Source of the DNA: Rhynchobatus australiae
Taxonomy: Eukaryota
Length of the DNA: 64,000 bases
Assembly (NCBI GenBank): GCA_034780895.1
Contig: JAUZTB010000069.1
Location: forward strand, 13,747,395 to 13,811,394
Direction: 5' to 3'
Made by a program: the position numbers and the translations under genes. Under the pieces are notes generated by a model. The model was given only the letters and a program-made list of their open reading frames with translations, searched no databases and was not told where the DNA came from. Below, piece after piece: positions 25,807 to 38,691 of the stretch. How positions within the stretch are numbered: position 1 is the first letter of the stretch; each line of letters starts with the position of its first letter.

Positions 25807-26332
25807 GTAACACTGTTTGACGGATTATAATTGGAGAGAACTCCAGGGAAAGCTTCCCTTCTCCTGGCGTGAACAATTCGTTATTTTTAAACTTTCTAAC
25901 AACAACTTACCTTCATTAGAAAACCCTTTAACATGGGATAAACCACTCCAAGCTACTTCGCAAGAACAATTATCAAACAAAATTTGTCACCAAACCAGGT
26001 ATGGTGCTGGTAGGCTGTGTAGTCAGACAGGTTGCTTTAACTGAGTATTTTAAAAGATGGATTATGAAATGAGGTTTAGAAAGGGATTGACAAAGCTTAG
26101 ATTTTAAGCAGTTGAAGACAGGGCAAAGACCAAGGGACCAGAACGGGAGACCCTGGAGGGTGGAAGGAAGTGACGTGGATGGAAATGGGTGAGTCATAGA
26201 AAATGTTAATGTCAAAACAATGAATACAGACCTCGAGTTAGATCTAACCCCAGCGTTAGGTCTGCACACCTTCAAGATATGAGGAAAGAAAAGACCAAAA
26301 TAAAACTAATGGGACTTTAACCGAAAATCTAA

Positions 26333-26455
26333 GAAACTGCAGATGCTGGAAATCTAAAACAAAAACAGAAAACGCTGGAAGCCCTCAGCAGGTCAGATTG
26401 CATCTGTGGGAAGAGGAAGAGTTAACGCTTTAGGTCAATGACCCTTCGTCAGAAC
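26333..26455. mobile_element. Half copy of the fold-back family
   Basis: gaaactgcagatgctggaaatct...ctcagcaggtcag...tcaatgacccttcgtcagaa. Confidence 0.6.
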
Positions 26456-29349
26456 ACAGGGCTTGATCCTTTTGCTTTCCACTTTTGCTGAAGGTCGGTT
26501 ACGGGGGCACATGGGGGCATTTAAACCTTACCCAGAGACTGAAAGGGATCAACAGCGCTGGGGGAATACTTGGACAGAACAATAGAGATAAAATGTTGGA
26601 ATTGTGCGAGTAGAAACTGCGTTAGATTTTGGGAGAGATCTCATTAACAAATGGAGTCTTGCCCTCTGTATTCCAGGATGTTCTGAGGCCTTTAATAACC
26701 AGAGATGTACTTTTGGAGAGCAGTCACTGTTGTAACTTCAGAAGAGATGTATCATGAGACCACCATGTATTTCTGAATCACTTAAAAACTTATAGTTGCA
26801 TAAATGGGATAGGGAGTGTGAGAATTACAATTCTCACAAAAGACCATAAACAGCAAACAAGTCAAACCTGACACAGTAATCTCAAGCTATGTTTCATCTT
26901 GCATTCCAATAGTGACTGTTCTTTGAAAGTGGGTGCAAAGAACCTTGGTCCATCTTTTGTTCTTTCTCTGTTTATTTGCTCCTTCTCTCTTAAACCCTTG
27001 TTGCTCTCCCTCCAGGTGACAGCATTGGGGGTGGGGGGGAGCGCAGATGTTGGGCAAACTGTCCACCAGTGCCGACACTATGGGTATTACCCAACCGTCC
27101 CGTGCTTCCCACCTACTCTGAGTTTACACATCCTTCAACCCATCAATACCCTTAACTCTTGCGTTTTGAATTACCTGAATATTCTGCAAGATGGCACAGG
27201 AGCGTGGTGACTCATGCAAGCTGCTCTCTGCAGATCCACTCATTACCACGTTCAATTCCAATTCCAATGTGTTTTATTCCTTAGTTTTTTTCCCTTTACT
27301 ATCTGTCATTCACCTCATCCTTAATCCATACACATACCTCCCACCACCACCCTTTTAACCTTCAGTTTGTTACCTTTCTGCATGTTGTTTTGTCTGACAC
27401 TACGACGCTACGTTAATGACAGAGGAGTTTTTGAAGAACTCAAGTTGGAAAAAGGAAAGGAACTGCTTTCTTCCTTCCTCACTAGTTTTGTCATTATTTC
27501 TGCATCTCTTTGTATTTTTGTTTCTCCCCTTTAATGGGAATCTCTCTCCCAAGTTTATGCTCCAAGCTCCAAGTGACAACAAACAGGAGAGAGTTCACTC
27601 AGCCTCCCGACATAACATTGAGTTTGCAGTCACGGTATAGTTTTTTTCCCCCGAATGACAATTCTCACAAAAGACCATAAACAGCAAACAAGCCAAACTT
27701 GACAGATGTACAGAGGAACAAAAGCTTTTAAAAAAAAACCTTAGGAAACCAATTTGCATACTTTATAAAACTTTGCACAGTCTCCCCTTTTGCTTGGTTT
27801 ACTGTTAGTTATATGGGAAAAGTATATAAATGACGTAACTTCAAAATCCAAACATTTTAAAATTAATCAAGTTAATAAACGTGCGACTTTCTTCCTTTCA
27901 CTGCCTCTCTTTCTCACGTTCTCAATTTCTCTTGCTCTGACATTTTTCTTCCTCATTTTCTCCAAAGTTCTGTGTTTTTATGACTCTGGATAAGAGCAGC
28001 ACAGGATTTGGTATTTAACAGGGGATATAGGAGTAATATCAGTGAAGCTGGCTGAGGAACAGACATGAACTTCTGACCCAGATTGGACATTCTTGAAAAC
28101 GGCTTGGTCTTGCAGCTTGGCTTACTGTACACGTTCCCACCAGTCTGAGGAAGAAAGTGAAAGAATTTCCATACAAGACATTTCCTTTACAGCTCCAGTT
28201 CCTTCGTTTCCTGAATGGGGGGGGGGGGGAAAAAACCAATACCACTTTCATAAATCTCCAGGGGGCCCCAGAAGTAGCACTTCAGCATCAGTTTATGTCA
28301 AAGTCAGCTTTTGCTGAGGTTACAGACAGAGGAAATCAAACCGCCGGGGAGAGACCACGTGCAGAGTTCTGTGAAGCACGTTAACTGCATTCTTGTGTGC
28401 AGAGATTTTTAAAATAAGAGTTCCTCAGTCCATTGGTGAAATTTGTCCTGCTTTCTGTTTGTGGTGCTGGTTCAAAGCCTTGAGTGTGGTCATGTGGGAG
28501 AAATTTGCATCCTGAGCAGTGGATACCGAAAGGGAATTCCCAAAGGCTGCAAACCCCCTCCAACTGGTGGGGGTATCCTGTTGTTACAGCTGGGGAAACA
28601 AAACCCATGAGCGTTCTTTCCCCTTTGGACACTACGGCCCCTTTCTCCCCCCTTCACGTAGTTGCTGACTGACTCCCAGTGTTTGCTTTGATCAGCACAG
28701 CTTGTTCTCACGCGAGGGACCTTGCATTTCTGGCGGGTGATTGTGAAGCTGATGAGGGGTGGGGTGGTCACCTCTTTTAGTGAGACAACTCCCGGCATTG
28801 GAGAACCGTGGACTACAGGCTTAATGACAGTGGTCAGGGGGCCCAGTCTGCGTCCCTCCACATCATCCAGGCCATGAGTTAGATTGATGGAAAAGTGGGA
28901 ACTCTGTTAATTGGGAATGTATCTACTTCCTATTCTTGCTGAATAAGTTTCTATTTTGAGGAGTGGCTCCTCCAAGCATGTAATCCATTTGAGACCCAAC
29001 AAAGTCCAAGTATCCCATGTCATTCATTAGCATCTGTGCCTTGGAGTCAAAGATCATAAGTTCAAGTCCCAAGACCGGCACTCTAGGCTGCTACTCCAGT
29101 GCAATAGCAACAACTTGTATGTGTATAATGACTTTAACACAAGAGCATCATCAAACAAAATTTGACACTGAACCATGGTCGATGAAGTAGGGTTTTGAGA
29201 CATGGCTTAAGGGCAAAAAGTGAGGTGGAGAGAGTTAGGGAGAGAGTTCCAGAGCTTAGACCTTGCAGATGGGGGCATGGTTGCCAGTGAAGTAGCAATT
29301 AAAGTCTGAAGTGCTTATGAGACCAGCGTTGGTGGTGTACACCCATCTC

Positions 29350-30170
29350 AGAGGCTAGAAGCAGGTTCCAGAGGTCAGGAGAGGTCTAGGGCTTGGAGGA
29401 TGGTACATAGATAGGGAGGGGTGGAGGGGATAAAAATAGAGAGGGTTAAAGAGGTTGAATGGAGTTTACAGAAATAGGAAGCAGTGTAGAGGTTGGAGGT
29501 GGTTGCAGAGCAGAAAGAAGAGTAGAGGCCGCAGGGGTTTACAGAGATTGGGAGAGGTGCAGATGCTGAGGAAGTTACAGAGATAATGAGGGTTTAAGTT
29601 TGCAGGATGCAGAGGTACTGAGAGGTGGAGGGAGTGGAGGAGATTGCAGAGTTAGAGGGGATGTCAAGGCTGGAGGAGTTCATGGAGATAGAGGGGTGAC
29701 TGTAGTGGCTGCGAAAGGTTGTAGAGGTAGGGACGGACAGAGGTTGGAGTAAATTACAGAGTTCGGGAAGAGCATCGGGCCTGGAGGAGAGTGCAGAAAG
29801 GGAGGGGTGAGAGCACACAGGATGCTGAAACCAAGGGTGAAAATTGAAATGTTTCTTGACTGGGAGGCAGGGGTGTGGATAATGTGTGAGAGAAGTGAGG
29901 GTGTGAGGGGGGAAAGTGTGAGAGGGTGAGGGTGTGAGGGAGAGGGTATGGGGGGGGAGGCATGAGAGGGGGAGGGTGTGAGAGAGGGAAATTGAGAGAG
30001 GAGAGTGTGAGGGGGGAGTTTGTGCGAGGGCGAGGATGTGAGGGGGAGGGTGTGAGGGGGGGGTGTGAGAGAGGGAGGATGTGAGAGGGGGAGGGTGAGA
30101 TGGAGGGTGAGAGAGGGGGAGGGTGTGAGAGGGTAAGGGTGTGAGGGGGGACATTGTGAGGTGGGAGTTT
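29350..30170. repeat. Degenerate purine-rich tandem arrays (agaggttggaggaggttacagagat-like units, then gagggtgtgaga-like units)
   Basis: Strong G/A strand skew and recurring motifs. These explain the Pro/His/Ser-rich minus-strand ORFs. Confidence 0.8.
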
Positions 30171-30419
30171 GACCAAGTATTACCGCCAGCCCGGAGGAAC
30201 TTCAGGTTACACCTGTCATCGATCTCTCCTCTCCCACAAGCTCCCCACTGTCCTTAATTTGGATCTTTACTGACCCGAACCACTTGACCAAACTGCCTCA
30301 CCCTAGTTTCACACCCCGTCACCCTCTTGCCTCCTTGGCCCAAAGGACAAAGGCGTACAGGCGGACGGGAAACCATCACATTGCAGGTTCCTCTGTGAGC
30401 TGAGACAAGGAGACGGGCT

Positions 30420-31165
30420 GGCAGCACAGTGACACAGGCAGCAGAGCTGCTGCTCACAGCTCCAGCTTCAGTCTGGTGTTGTTTGTGTGGAGTTTGCTCA
30501 CTGTCCCTGTCACCACCTGGTTTCCTTGGGGTGTCCCACTTTCCTCTAGATCCCAAAGATTGTAGTTTAATTGAGCATAGAGTCATACAGCATGGAAACA
30601 GGCCCTTTGGCCCAACTGATCCATGCTGACCAAGATGCCCCATCCAAGCCAGTCCCATTTGTCAGCGTTTGGCCCGTAACCTTCTAAACCTTTCCATCCC
30701 ATGTACCAGTTGTACTGTATTTTAGAAGTTGTTATTGTACCTGCCTCAACCACTTCCTCTGGCAGCTCATTCCTCGTGGATACCACCCTTTGTGTTAAAA
30801 AATTTGCCCCTCATGTTCCTCTTAAATCTTTCCCCTCTCACCTGAAACCTATGCCCTTGAGTTCTTGATTCCCNNNNNNNNNNNNNNNGGGAAAAGACTG
30901 AGTGCATTCCTATGCCCCTCATGATTTTATACACCTCTATAAGATCACCTCAGTCTCCTATGCTCTAAGGAATAAAGTCTTAGCCAGCCCAACCAGCCTG
31001 CACTTTGAATTGCCCCTTTGTAGGTGGGTGATAGAATTTGTGTGGAGCGTGGGGAGAATAAAACAGGATTATTGGAGGATTAGTGTAAAATCAGATGCTT
31101 GACCATCAGTGTGGATTTAGTGGCTGAAGGGCCTGTTTCTGTCCTGTGTGACTCTGATTCCATGA
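30420..31165 (+). mobile_element. tRNA-derived V-SINE-like element split by the CR1 insertion (head 30420-30575, tail about 31000-31165)
   Basis: Head and body (tgtgtggagtttgc...ttcctc.agatcccaaaga) and tail (ggctgaagggcctgtttctgtcctg) match the intact copy at 33745-34062. Confidence 0.7.
30577..30997 (-). mobile_element. CR1 LINE 3' end nested inside a V-SINE-like element
   Basis: The minus strand encodes ..NELPEEVVEAGTITT.K.., followed by the CR1-type 3' UTR ending gggcctgtttccatgctgtatgactctatg. Confidence 0.85.
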
Positions 31166-33744
31166 GTCCTCCATCATTGCTGGAGCAGCGATGTGGGAGT
31201 CCCTTCACCAGAGGAATGTAGGGGCTCTAGAAGGTGGATCACCACCATCTTTCCAAGGGAAGTTAAGGATGGGCAATGAATGTCAACCCACCAGAAGTGC
31301 CCACATGGCTTAAGTTGAATTTAGGAAAACATTGTGCAAGCTGCCCTTCCTGTGGGGGACTGGTTTGCCCCCATGTTCCTGTGCATCATGTCAGAGCAGT
31401 GGACAAATGGAATCACTGCTGTCTGGTAGAGAGAAACCTGCCGTCTCATTTCTGAGCCCAGCCATCGTGTCTGCCTTTCAGCAAAAGGCTCCATGGTTCA
31501 CCCTAACTAGTACGGAGTCTGCCAGGCACCCGTGTGAGAAATGTTCTTTGTGTAAAGTTATCCCGTCTGATAGTAGTTCCTACACCTGGGCAGTGGGGTA
31601 AGTGTGAGGAACAAGGGGAATGTGTAAGCATGTTATCCATTCATCTCTGGAATCTGGCTCTGTATCTGGTGGGGTGGACGTTCCCAGCTGACTATAAGAG
31701 TCCTGAGGAGGAGGGAGGATGGAAGCATTGTTCCTGGGTGTGAGCACCCATGGGCCACAATTAGACATGATATTGGAAGCTTCAAGATGATCACCATGAG
31801 AAATAGGGACATTGGCCTGGCCCATTTCAATAGTTGAAGAACAGGGCAATAGAATCTTGGGGCAGGTTATCAGAAGGGGACAGTTGAACAGAGAGCTGTG
31901 GAAGAACAGAATGGCCAGGGATTATTGCTGATGGGGTCACAGTGAGGCAGACAGGATGGATCAATGGACGTTCATTCCCAAAACACTAGTATGGCACAAT
32001 ATTCCAAAAAAGTCAAAACAGAGCATAATCAAGTGTTAAGGCAGAGATAAAGAGTTGGTGATAAATGGAACATAACTCATGGAGGTTATTTAGTCCCCAA
32101 TTTAAAACAGTCATTTTGCCCTTGTTTTATGGAATTATAGCTTCCCATACTTTTCAGCAGCTACCTGTGTAAACCTGGACATCAGTGGAGAGTTGAGCCC
32201 CTGCATCCACCTACCCTCACCCCACATCCCCTCACAATCTCTCATCTTCAAGGTACAGATCAGGCAAAATCTAATTAATTGGCAGAATAAACCAGAGGGT
32301 CCAAATGACCTTCCGAAAGAGACTGAGTATGGTGGCACTGAGAAGGATGAGAGGTGACAGCTACAAAATTAGGGCTCAGTGGGGTTGATGCTGAGAGGCT
32401 GGTTCCTTGGGCTGGAGATCGTAGCCTGACGATAGCAGCCCTGGGTCTATCACTGAGAGGGGAAGAACTTTCTTCATTGGTAGGTCACTTGGAAGTCTTA
32501 ACCCCAGAGGCATGTGGCTGCCTGCTCATTGAATATACTCATAACTGAGAGGGATGTGTTTTTGGATGTTGAGGGTGTGGAGGGTTCGGGNNNNNNNNNN
32601 ACAGATACAGGGAGATGGCAGGAATAGGATACGGAGATCAACCATGATGATGATGTTGAATGGTAGAACAAGTCTGATGGGCTGGGATGGGGGAGACAGG
32701 CTCCTTGTGATATTTCTTAAGGTTAGGTTCTAACTGTAAGAGCAGCGCCCCTCGGTAAATGCAACTTCACTGCCAGTTTTCCAAGCCTGCACTCCTGCTG
32801 TAAATGGAACCATGTGGGATCACCGATAGCCTGGAGGAACTTCAGGTTATACTTGCCATCAATCTCCCTATCTCCCAGGGGCTCCACCATGACTTCCTTG
32901 TGGCTTGCAGTGTTGCTGTGGAAACCCAAACTGTCAAGAACGTGCTGGTGGCTGCCACACTGAGGGCTCCTTACAGTGCAGTCTGAATAAACCGGGAGAA
33001 GCACAGATTTATAAAAAAAGCTCTGAACTGGTTCATTTAATTGCTATGCTTAAAATAGTGCAGCTGGATATATTTTGTTCTAGTGGGATCAGCAGTTCTG
33101 ATAATGAAACAGGGCAGACAGTTCAGTAAGTTGGGTTATTAACTCCAGATGTTACTAATATTAAGCAGGCTCTTTGAAGGAAATTGGGATCCTCAGTGTC
33201 GTTTAAGAGCTGTTTCACCCCCAGACTAAACCTCAACAGAGCATAATGTTAAAAAAAAGTGACTTGCTTGAGAAGGGTATTAGTTATAGGAGAGAGCCTG
33301 GCTGCAGCTAAGCTATAATTCATGGTTTTGTCATTGTGAGCTGTATTCTGTTGGTTGCAGTGTCTGTGGAGGGTGCGCCACTTGGCTAGACGAAAGGAAA
33401 TTTTAAACTTTTGCACCCCTGCAGCTAAGAGTGTGCTGACTTGGCAGCGGGACATGGCTGAGTGGGCTCTATTGCTTCCTCAGAAAGGATTAAGGGTGAG
33501 ATTTCAGTCCAGCCAGCTCACACATTCTGCCTTGCAAGGTCTCAATGTACAGGCAGTGAGATTCTTTTGAAGAGTAATGACCGTTGTAGGAGACCCAGTA
33601 CCCAATATGAAAGGACTAGTGCTGATAGCTGTAGGTGAAGCATGGGAGAGAGCTCAGAATGTAACTCCTTTTCTTTTCAGAATAATGTCATGGGAGCCCC
33701 TATGTCTACCCAAACCTCAGTTTAAAGTTTCGTCTTCCAACAGG

Positions 33745-34062
33745 TGGCACGGTGGCGCAGCTAGTAGAGCCGCCACCTCATAGCGCCGGAGACCTGGGTT
33801 CAATCCTGACCTCGGGTGCTGTCTGTGTGGCATTTGCACGTTCTTCCTGTGATCATGTGGGTTTCCTCCAACATCCCAAAACATGTGGGTCAGTAGGTTT
33901 GTTGGCCACTGTATGGATGAGTGATAGAATCTGGGACGAGTTGATGGGAATGTGGGGAGAATGAAAAGTGAGATGAATCTAGGATTAGTGTAAATAGGTG
34001 GTTGGTGATCAGTGTGGACCTGTTGGTCTGAAGAGCCCTGTTTCCATGCTGTATCTCTGTAA
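33745..34062 (+). mobile_element. tRNA-derived V-SINE-like SINE, near full length
   Basis: A-box (tggcgcagctagtag), B-box (gggttcaatcc), central gtgtggcatttgcacgttct domain and CR1-like tail. Confidence 0.85.
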
Positions 34063-34754
34063 CAGTCTAATCCCCCAGTTCTACATGTCCAAGTCCCCGG
34101 AGCAGAGCTTGAACCACAACTTTCTATCTCAAAAGTGAGAGGAATCCCCACTCAACAATGGCTGATAATTTACCTGATGACAGTCATTTTTGCTGGGTTT
34201 ATATCCAATGATTAACTCTTAAACAGAGCCATGAATACCACCAGCCAGTCCCACTGTGGAATAGGAGAGTGCAGCTGAAGGATTTAGTGGAGTGGGAGAA
34301 GTGATCTACCCACCTGGATTTATAAACCAGAGAAAATGAATGCCAATCCTCCATGACAATTCAAAGTTCTGAATTCAGTCAAAAAAAAGGTGGAAGTAAT
34401 GTTGGTATCCACTGTTGAACAGTTGTGATATTATAGCTAATTTACTAATTTCATGTATGGAAGAAAATCTGCTGTCTTTATCCAGCTTGGACTGTACATG
34501 ACTCCAGTTCCACACCTAGTAAACTACTCACTTATATCAGCCTGTGCAATCACCCTGCTAAGGACAACAGGGATTGACCATAACTGCTACTTTGCCAGCG
34601 ACATCCTCTCCTTGAGGCTGAGTTAGAACATATTAATGGAAATTATCTTGAAGGAGCTGGAGGGTTCCTCAAAAATGCACCAGCCCTTTCCTCATCAGGG
34701 GAAGGGATCTACTTCCTGCTTCAGGTGGGGCTCAAACACATATACGTGTACCTC

Positions 34755-35212
34755 AAGTTGCCAAGTCAAGTTTATTGCACAAGGACAGTGAGGTACAATG
34801 AAAAGCTTGCTTGCAGCAGCATCATAGGCATGTAGATTCAGACAACACACAGAATGTAAATAATACAGAAATTATACAAGACAGTGAAGGAAAAGACTGC
34901 AAAACAAGACATCTATGTAGAAAAAACGCAATCAGAGACAAATCCATGGTAGTGCATGAGGTGGTCCGTAGTGTTCTCTTGCTGAGGTAGGGTCAGGGAT
35001 GTGCAGGTCAGTTCAAGAACCTGATGGTTGTATGAAAGTCACTGTTCCTGAACCTGGTGGTGTGGGACTGCAGGCTTCTGTACCTCCTGCCTGACGGGTT
35101 GCAGCAAGAAGAGGGTGTGGCCCAGATGGTGGGGATCCTTGATGATAGGTGCCACCTACTTGAGACAGCGCCTCATGTTAATGCTTTCAATGGTGGGGAG
35201 GGCTGTGCTCGT
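34755..35212 (-). mobile_element. Rex1/Babar-like LINE 3' end
   Basis: The minus strand encodes ..IIKDPHHLGH.L....PSGRRYRS..SHTTRFRNS.. and ends in an (ACTTG)-like tail. Confidence 0.7.
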
Positions 35213-35484
35213 NNNNNNNNNNNNNNNNNNNNNNNNNNNNNNNNNNNNNNNNNNNNNNNNNNNNNNNNNNNNNNNNNNNNNNNNNNNNNNNNNNNNNNNN
35301 NNNNNNNNNNNNCAGATGAGGATTTTATGCCGTGTTGTACGTTATCAGTTAGGGTGAGAATTCATGATGCAGCCCCAATCACACATGAGGCTTTACCCCA
35401 TCTCCCACCTGCAGCAAGTGTCTTCCTGTAGAGTGTTCTGGGGGCAGCCCTCAGTGTCCGGCGCCAACATAGCACGCTCACAAC

Positions 35485-35645
35485 TTCCTAACCCATACGT
35501 CTTTGGAATGTGGGAGGAAAAATTGGAGCACCCGGAGGAAACCCATGGGGAGAACATACAAGTTCCTTACAGACAGTGGCGGGAATTGAACCCGGGTCGC
35601 TGGCACTGTAATAGCCTTACACTAACGGCTACACTACTGTGCCTG
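35485..35645 (-). mobile_element. tRNA-derived SINE (5' part)
   Basis: The minus strand has ggcacagtagtgtagccgttagtgtaaggct...cccgggttcaattccc Pol III boxes. Confidence 0.8.
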
Positions 35646-35849
35646 CCATTCCAAAGCCTTTTACAGCCAAGAGTTACTTCAGTTGTCATTTTATGATGTA
35701 AGGAGTATGGCAGTGTGTCTGTGTATAGCATACTACCACTGATCAAACAATCAGTAGGCAATTCATTGCCAGGAATGTTGACTGAGAGATAAATTTCAGC
35801 TAGGACGCTCAAGGATTTTCATTACTGCCATGGGAGCTTTTACAATTAT

Positions 35850-36480
35850 ACAAGTCAAGTTGAGTTTATTGTCATGTGCACAAGTACGGTTAGGTACAGC
35901 TACAATGAAAAACTTGCTTGCAGCAACATCACTGGCACGTAGGTGCAGACAACACACAGAATGTAAATTTTACATAAATTATACATAATTGTACAAGACA
36001 GTGAAGAGAGAGAGATAGAGACAACTGTGCGAAAGCAAGAGTGCAAAGAAAAGACACAATCAGAGAAATTCCATGGTAGTGCAAGAGGTAGGGTTACAGT
36101 TGTGCAGGTCGCTTCAAGAACCTAATGGTTGTAGAAAAGTAGCCGTTCCTGAACCTGGTGGTGTGGAATTTCGTGTTTCCTTACCTCCTGCCTGAAGTCC
36201 CACAAACCAACAAGTTCAGGAACTTCAGTTGTTGGATTGCCAAGTATCTTCTGAATACAACATCAGGTAGTAGAGAGAAGAGGACATGACCCAGATGGTG
36301 AGGATCCTTGATAACAGATGCCACCTTGAAGCAGTGGCTCCAGTAAATGGGGAGGGCTGTGCTCGTGATGGACTGGGCTGTGTCCACCACTCCCTGCAGC
36401 GTCTAGTGCTCCTGTGCTGGGGTTACCATCCCAGGCCATGTTGCAACCAGTTAGGATATTTTCAACAGTGCATTAGGTTG
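35850..36480 (-). mobile_element. Second Rex1/Babar-like LINE 3' end, same orientation
   Basis: ORF VDTAQSITSTALP...KVASVIKDPHHLGHVLFSLLP. Its 3' UTR is similar to 34755-35050. Confidence 0.7.
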
Positions 36481-37759
36481 GTAGAGTATTTGGTGACATT
36501 CTGAATCTCCTGTTCAAATCCAATATGATCTACTTTATATGCATGTGCTTTCTACCTGCCATGTTGGTACTGAGTCTGAATTACAGCTGAGAAATGAAGA
36601 CTGAATGGACTGATTCAAGGTTTATTATTCCGACATCTGTTCTGCTGGCTCATAGAGGAAGCTCATTTACCTGTGCTGCCTCAGGCGTGCCAGTTAATGT
36701 TATTAAACATGCCTGATTTCCTCTCTGGGGGCAGTTTAGTTCCCTGTGTTCCGTGACAGCACCAGGACACCCACCTTTTTAAACTGAACATGTAAGGCCC
36801 ATGTGGGATGAGCACCATTCCTTATTTGGTGTTGTGATATCATCCATTATGGGGCACACCAGTGATGTGACTCGCTGAGCATGCTCGCCATTTGTATAGG
36901 AAAAACAGCTTGATTGTCAGGGAAACTGACCACTTCCACCTAAGTAACTACTCAGTTTTAGTCAGTAAAAAGAAAAGGTTTAGCATGAGGGAGAGTTAAA
37001 ACTTTTCCAACAAAGCAGCTGGTGGGACGTGTACCCACCCTCCCAGAATGCAGCGCACCCCATGCCACAGATGGGGACTTTTCTCTGCTGCTGTGAATTG
37101 TGGGAGCTGCAGACCTCCATGGCTGACTTGTTAAGTGAGTAAGTCCAAACCCAAGTTTCAAAACCACCACTCTGGTGCAGTGCCAGATCCCATGGCTTTC
37201 AGCTGCTGACCTGGAGCTGGAGTTACACTGCTGCCACTCTGGCTATTTGACTGTCAGTGGCAAAAGTCATCCCAGAGTCCTTCTGCCAAGGGCATGGTAT
37301 TCATGTTGCTGAATTGTCCATCCAAAGAGCCCTAGACATGACTACCTAGAGTGAGATGTCAGGCCTGTTGCTGCAGCTGGTTGGTATGGTGTGGAGTTTC
37401 TCTACATTGCCTTAGACTGACCTTCTTCTAGTAGTTCTGTGCTTACCATTACTGAGACTAGTTTTATTTTTAGATTCCAGAGTTACTTAATTACTTAAAT
37501 TTAAATTAAACAGCTGCCATGGTGGGATTTGAACTCTTCTTTCTGGGTCAATCATCTAGAACTTTGGCTGCTGATTCAGTAACTTAACCACTGCACCACC
37601 ATACAATTTTGTACTCAGTGTCCATTCTAGTTACTATTCTCAACCAACGCTGCTGGAAGCAGATTAACCGTTAATTGTTTCACTGTTGTTTGTGGAAGCT
37701 CTCTGTGCTCAAACTCACTCTCACTCCTACTTCATAGTTACCTGCATGGCAGCAACACC

Positions 37760-38235
37760 TAGCTATAGGAAGGATGTCATTAAGCTGGAAAGGGTGCAGA
37801 AAAGATTCATGAGGATGTTACTGGGGCTTGCGTTATAAAGAGGGGCTGGACAGGCTGGGACTTCTTGCCCTGCAATACAGGAGGCTGAGGGGTGACCTAA
37901 TAGATGTTGACAAAATCATGTGGGGCATAGTCACAGTGTTTCTCCCAGGGTAGGGGAGTCTAAAATTAGAGGGCATAGATTTAAGGTGTGGGGTGAAAGA
38001 TTTAAAAGGGACCCGAGGGGCAACTTTTTCACACAGAGGGCAGTAGGTATATGGAACGAGCTGGGATACAATTACAATATTTAATGGATGTTTAGACAGG
38101 TACATGGGTAGCAGGGTTTTAGAGGAATATGGGCCAAACACAGGCAAATGGGACAAGTTCAGGTAGACAACTTAGTTGGTATGGACAAGTTGGGCTGAAG
38201 GGCCTGTATCCATGCTGTATAACTCAATGACTCAA
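37760..38235 (+). mobile_element. CR1 LINE 3' end
   Basis: YRKDVIKLERVQKRFMRML..., RRLRGDLI.V.KIM and a CR1-type 3' UTR. Confidence 0.88.
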
Positions 38236-38581
38236 CAAGGATGAGACATCTTGGATATTTACTGGCTGTGAGGAGTTTGAAGATGTGAGAGACACTCACT
38301 GTCCCTTCATTTCCTAATTGGCTTAAACTTAAAGATGACTTCCACTTTGGGTTTTGGCTTCATAGTTCGGCTTATAATGAAATAAATTGTAGATATTAAC
38401 CTTCCTCTGAAACCCTGCCCTTCATTAGTTTCTGCTTTATTGAGACTCTTTGTAATGTTATAAAGATAACGAGTAAGACTTTCCTGTTCACATTTTGTGT
38501 GTGCTGCTAGAACAAGATGTTACTTCTTCCACCCCCTCCATCCTGGGAGATGTCTTATTGCCCAACGTTGCTTTCTTGCAG

Positions 38582-38691
38582 GAGAAAGAGAAGAAATACA
38601 TGTTGCCTCTCGATAATCTGAAGCTGCGTGACATAGAGAAGGGATTTATGTCCAGCAAGCACATATTTGCTCTCTTCAACACAGAACAGAG
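38582..38691 (+). CDS. DNM1: Dynamin-1 PH-domain exon ([37 protein letters not shown]), 110 nt
   Basis: Acceptor ttgctttcttgcag and donor AG|gtgggt. The translation is the recognisable dynamin PH sequence. Its phase-2 end joins the next exon in frame. Confidence 0.97.

Noticed and set aside
29594-30176. Pro/Ser/His-rich minus-strand ORFs
   Set aside because: Low-complexity purine repeat with no splice or domain evidence.
33745-33820. tRNA-like sequence with A and B boxes
   Set aside because: It continues into a SINE body and tail, so it is a SINE head rather than a tRNA gene.
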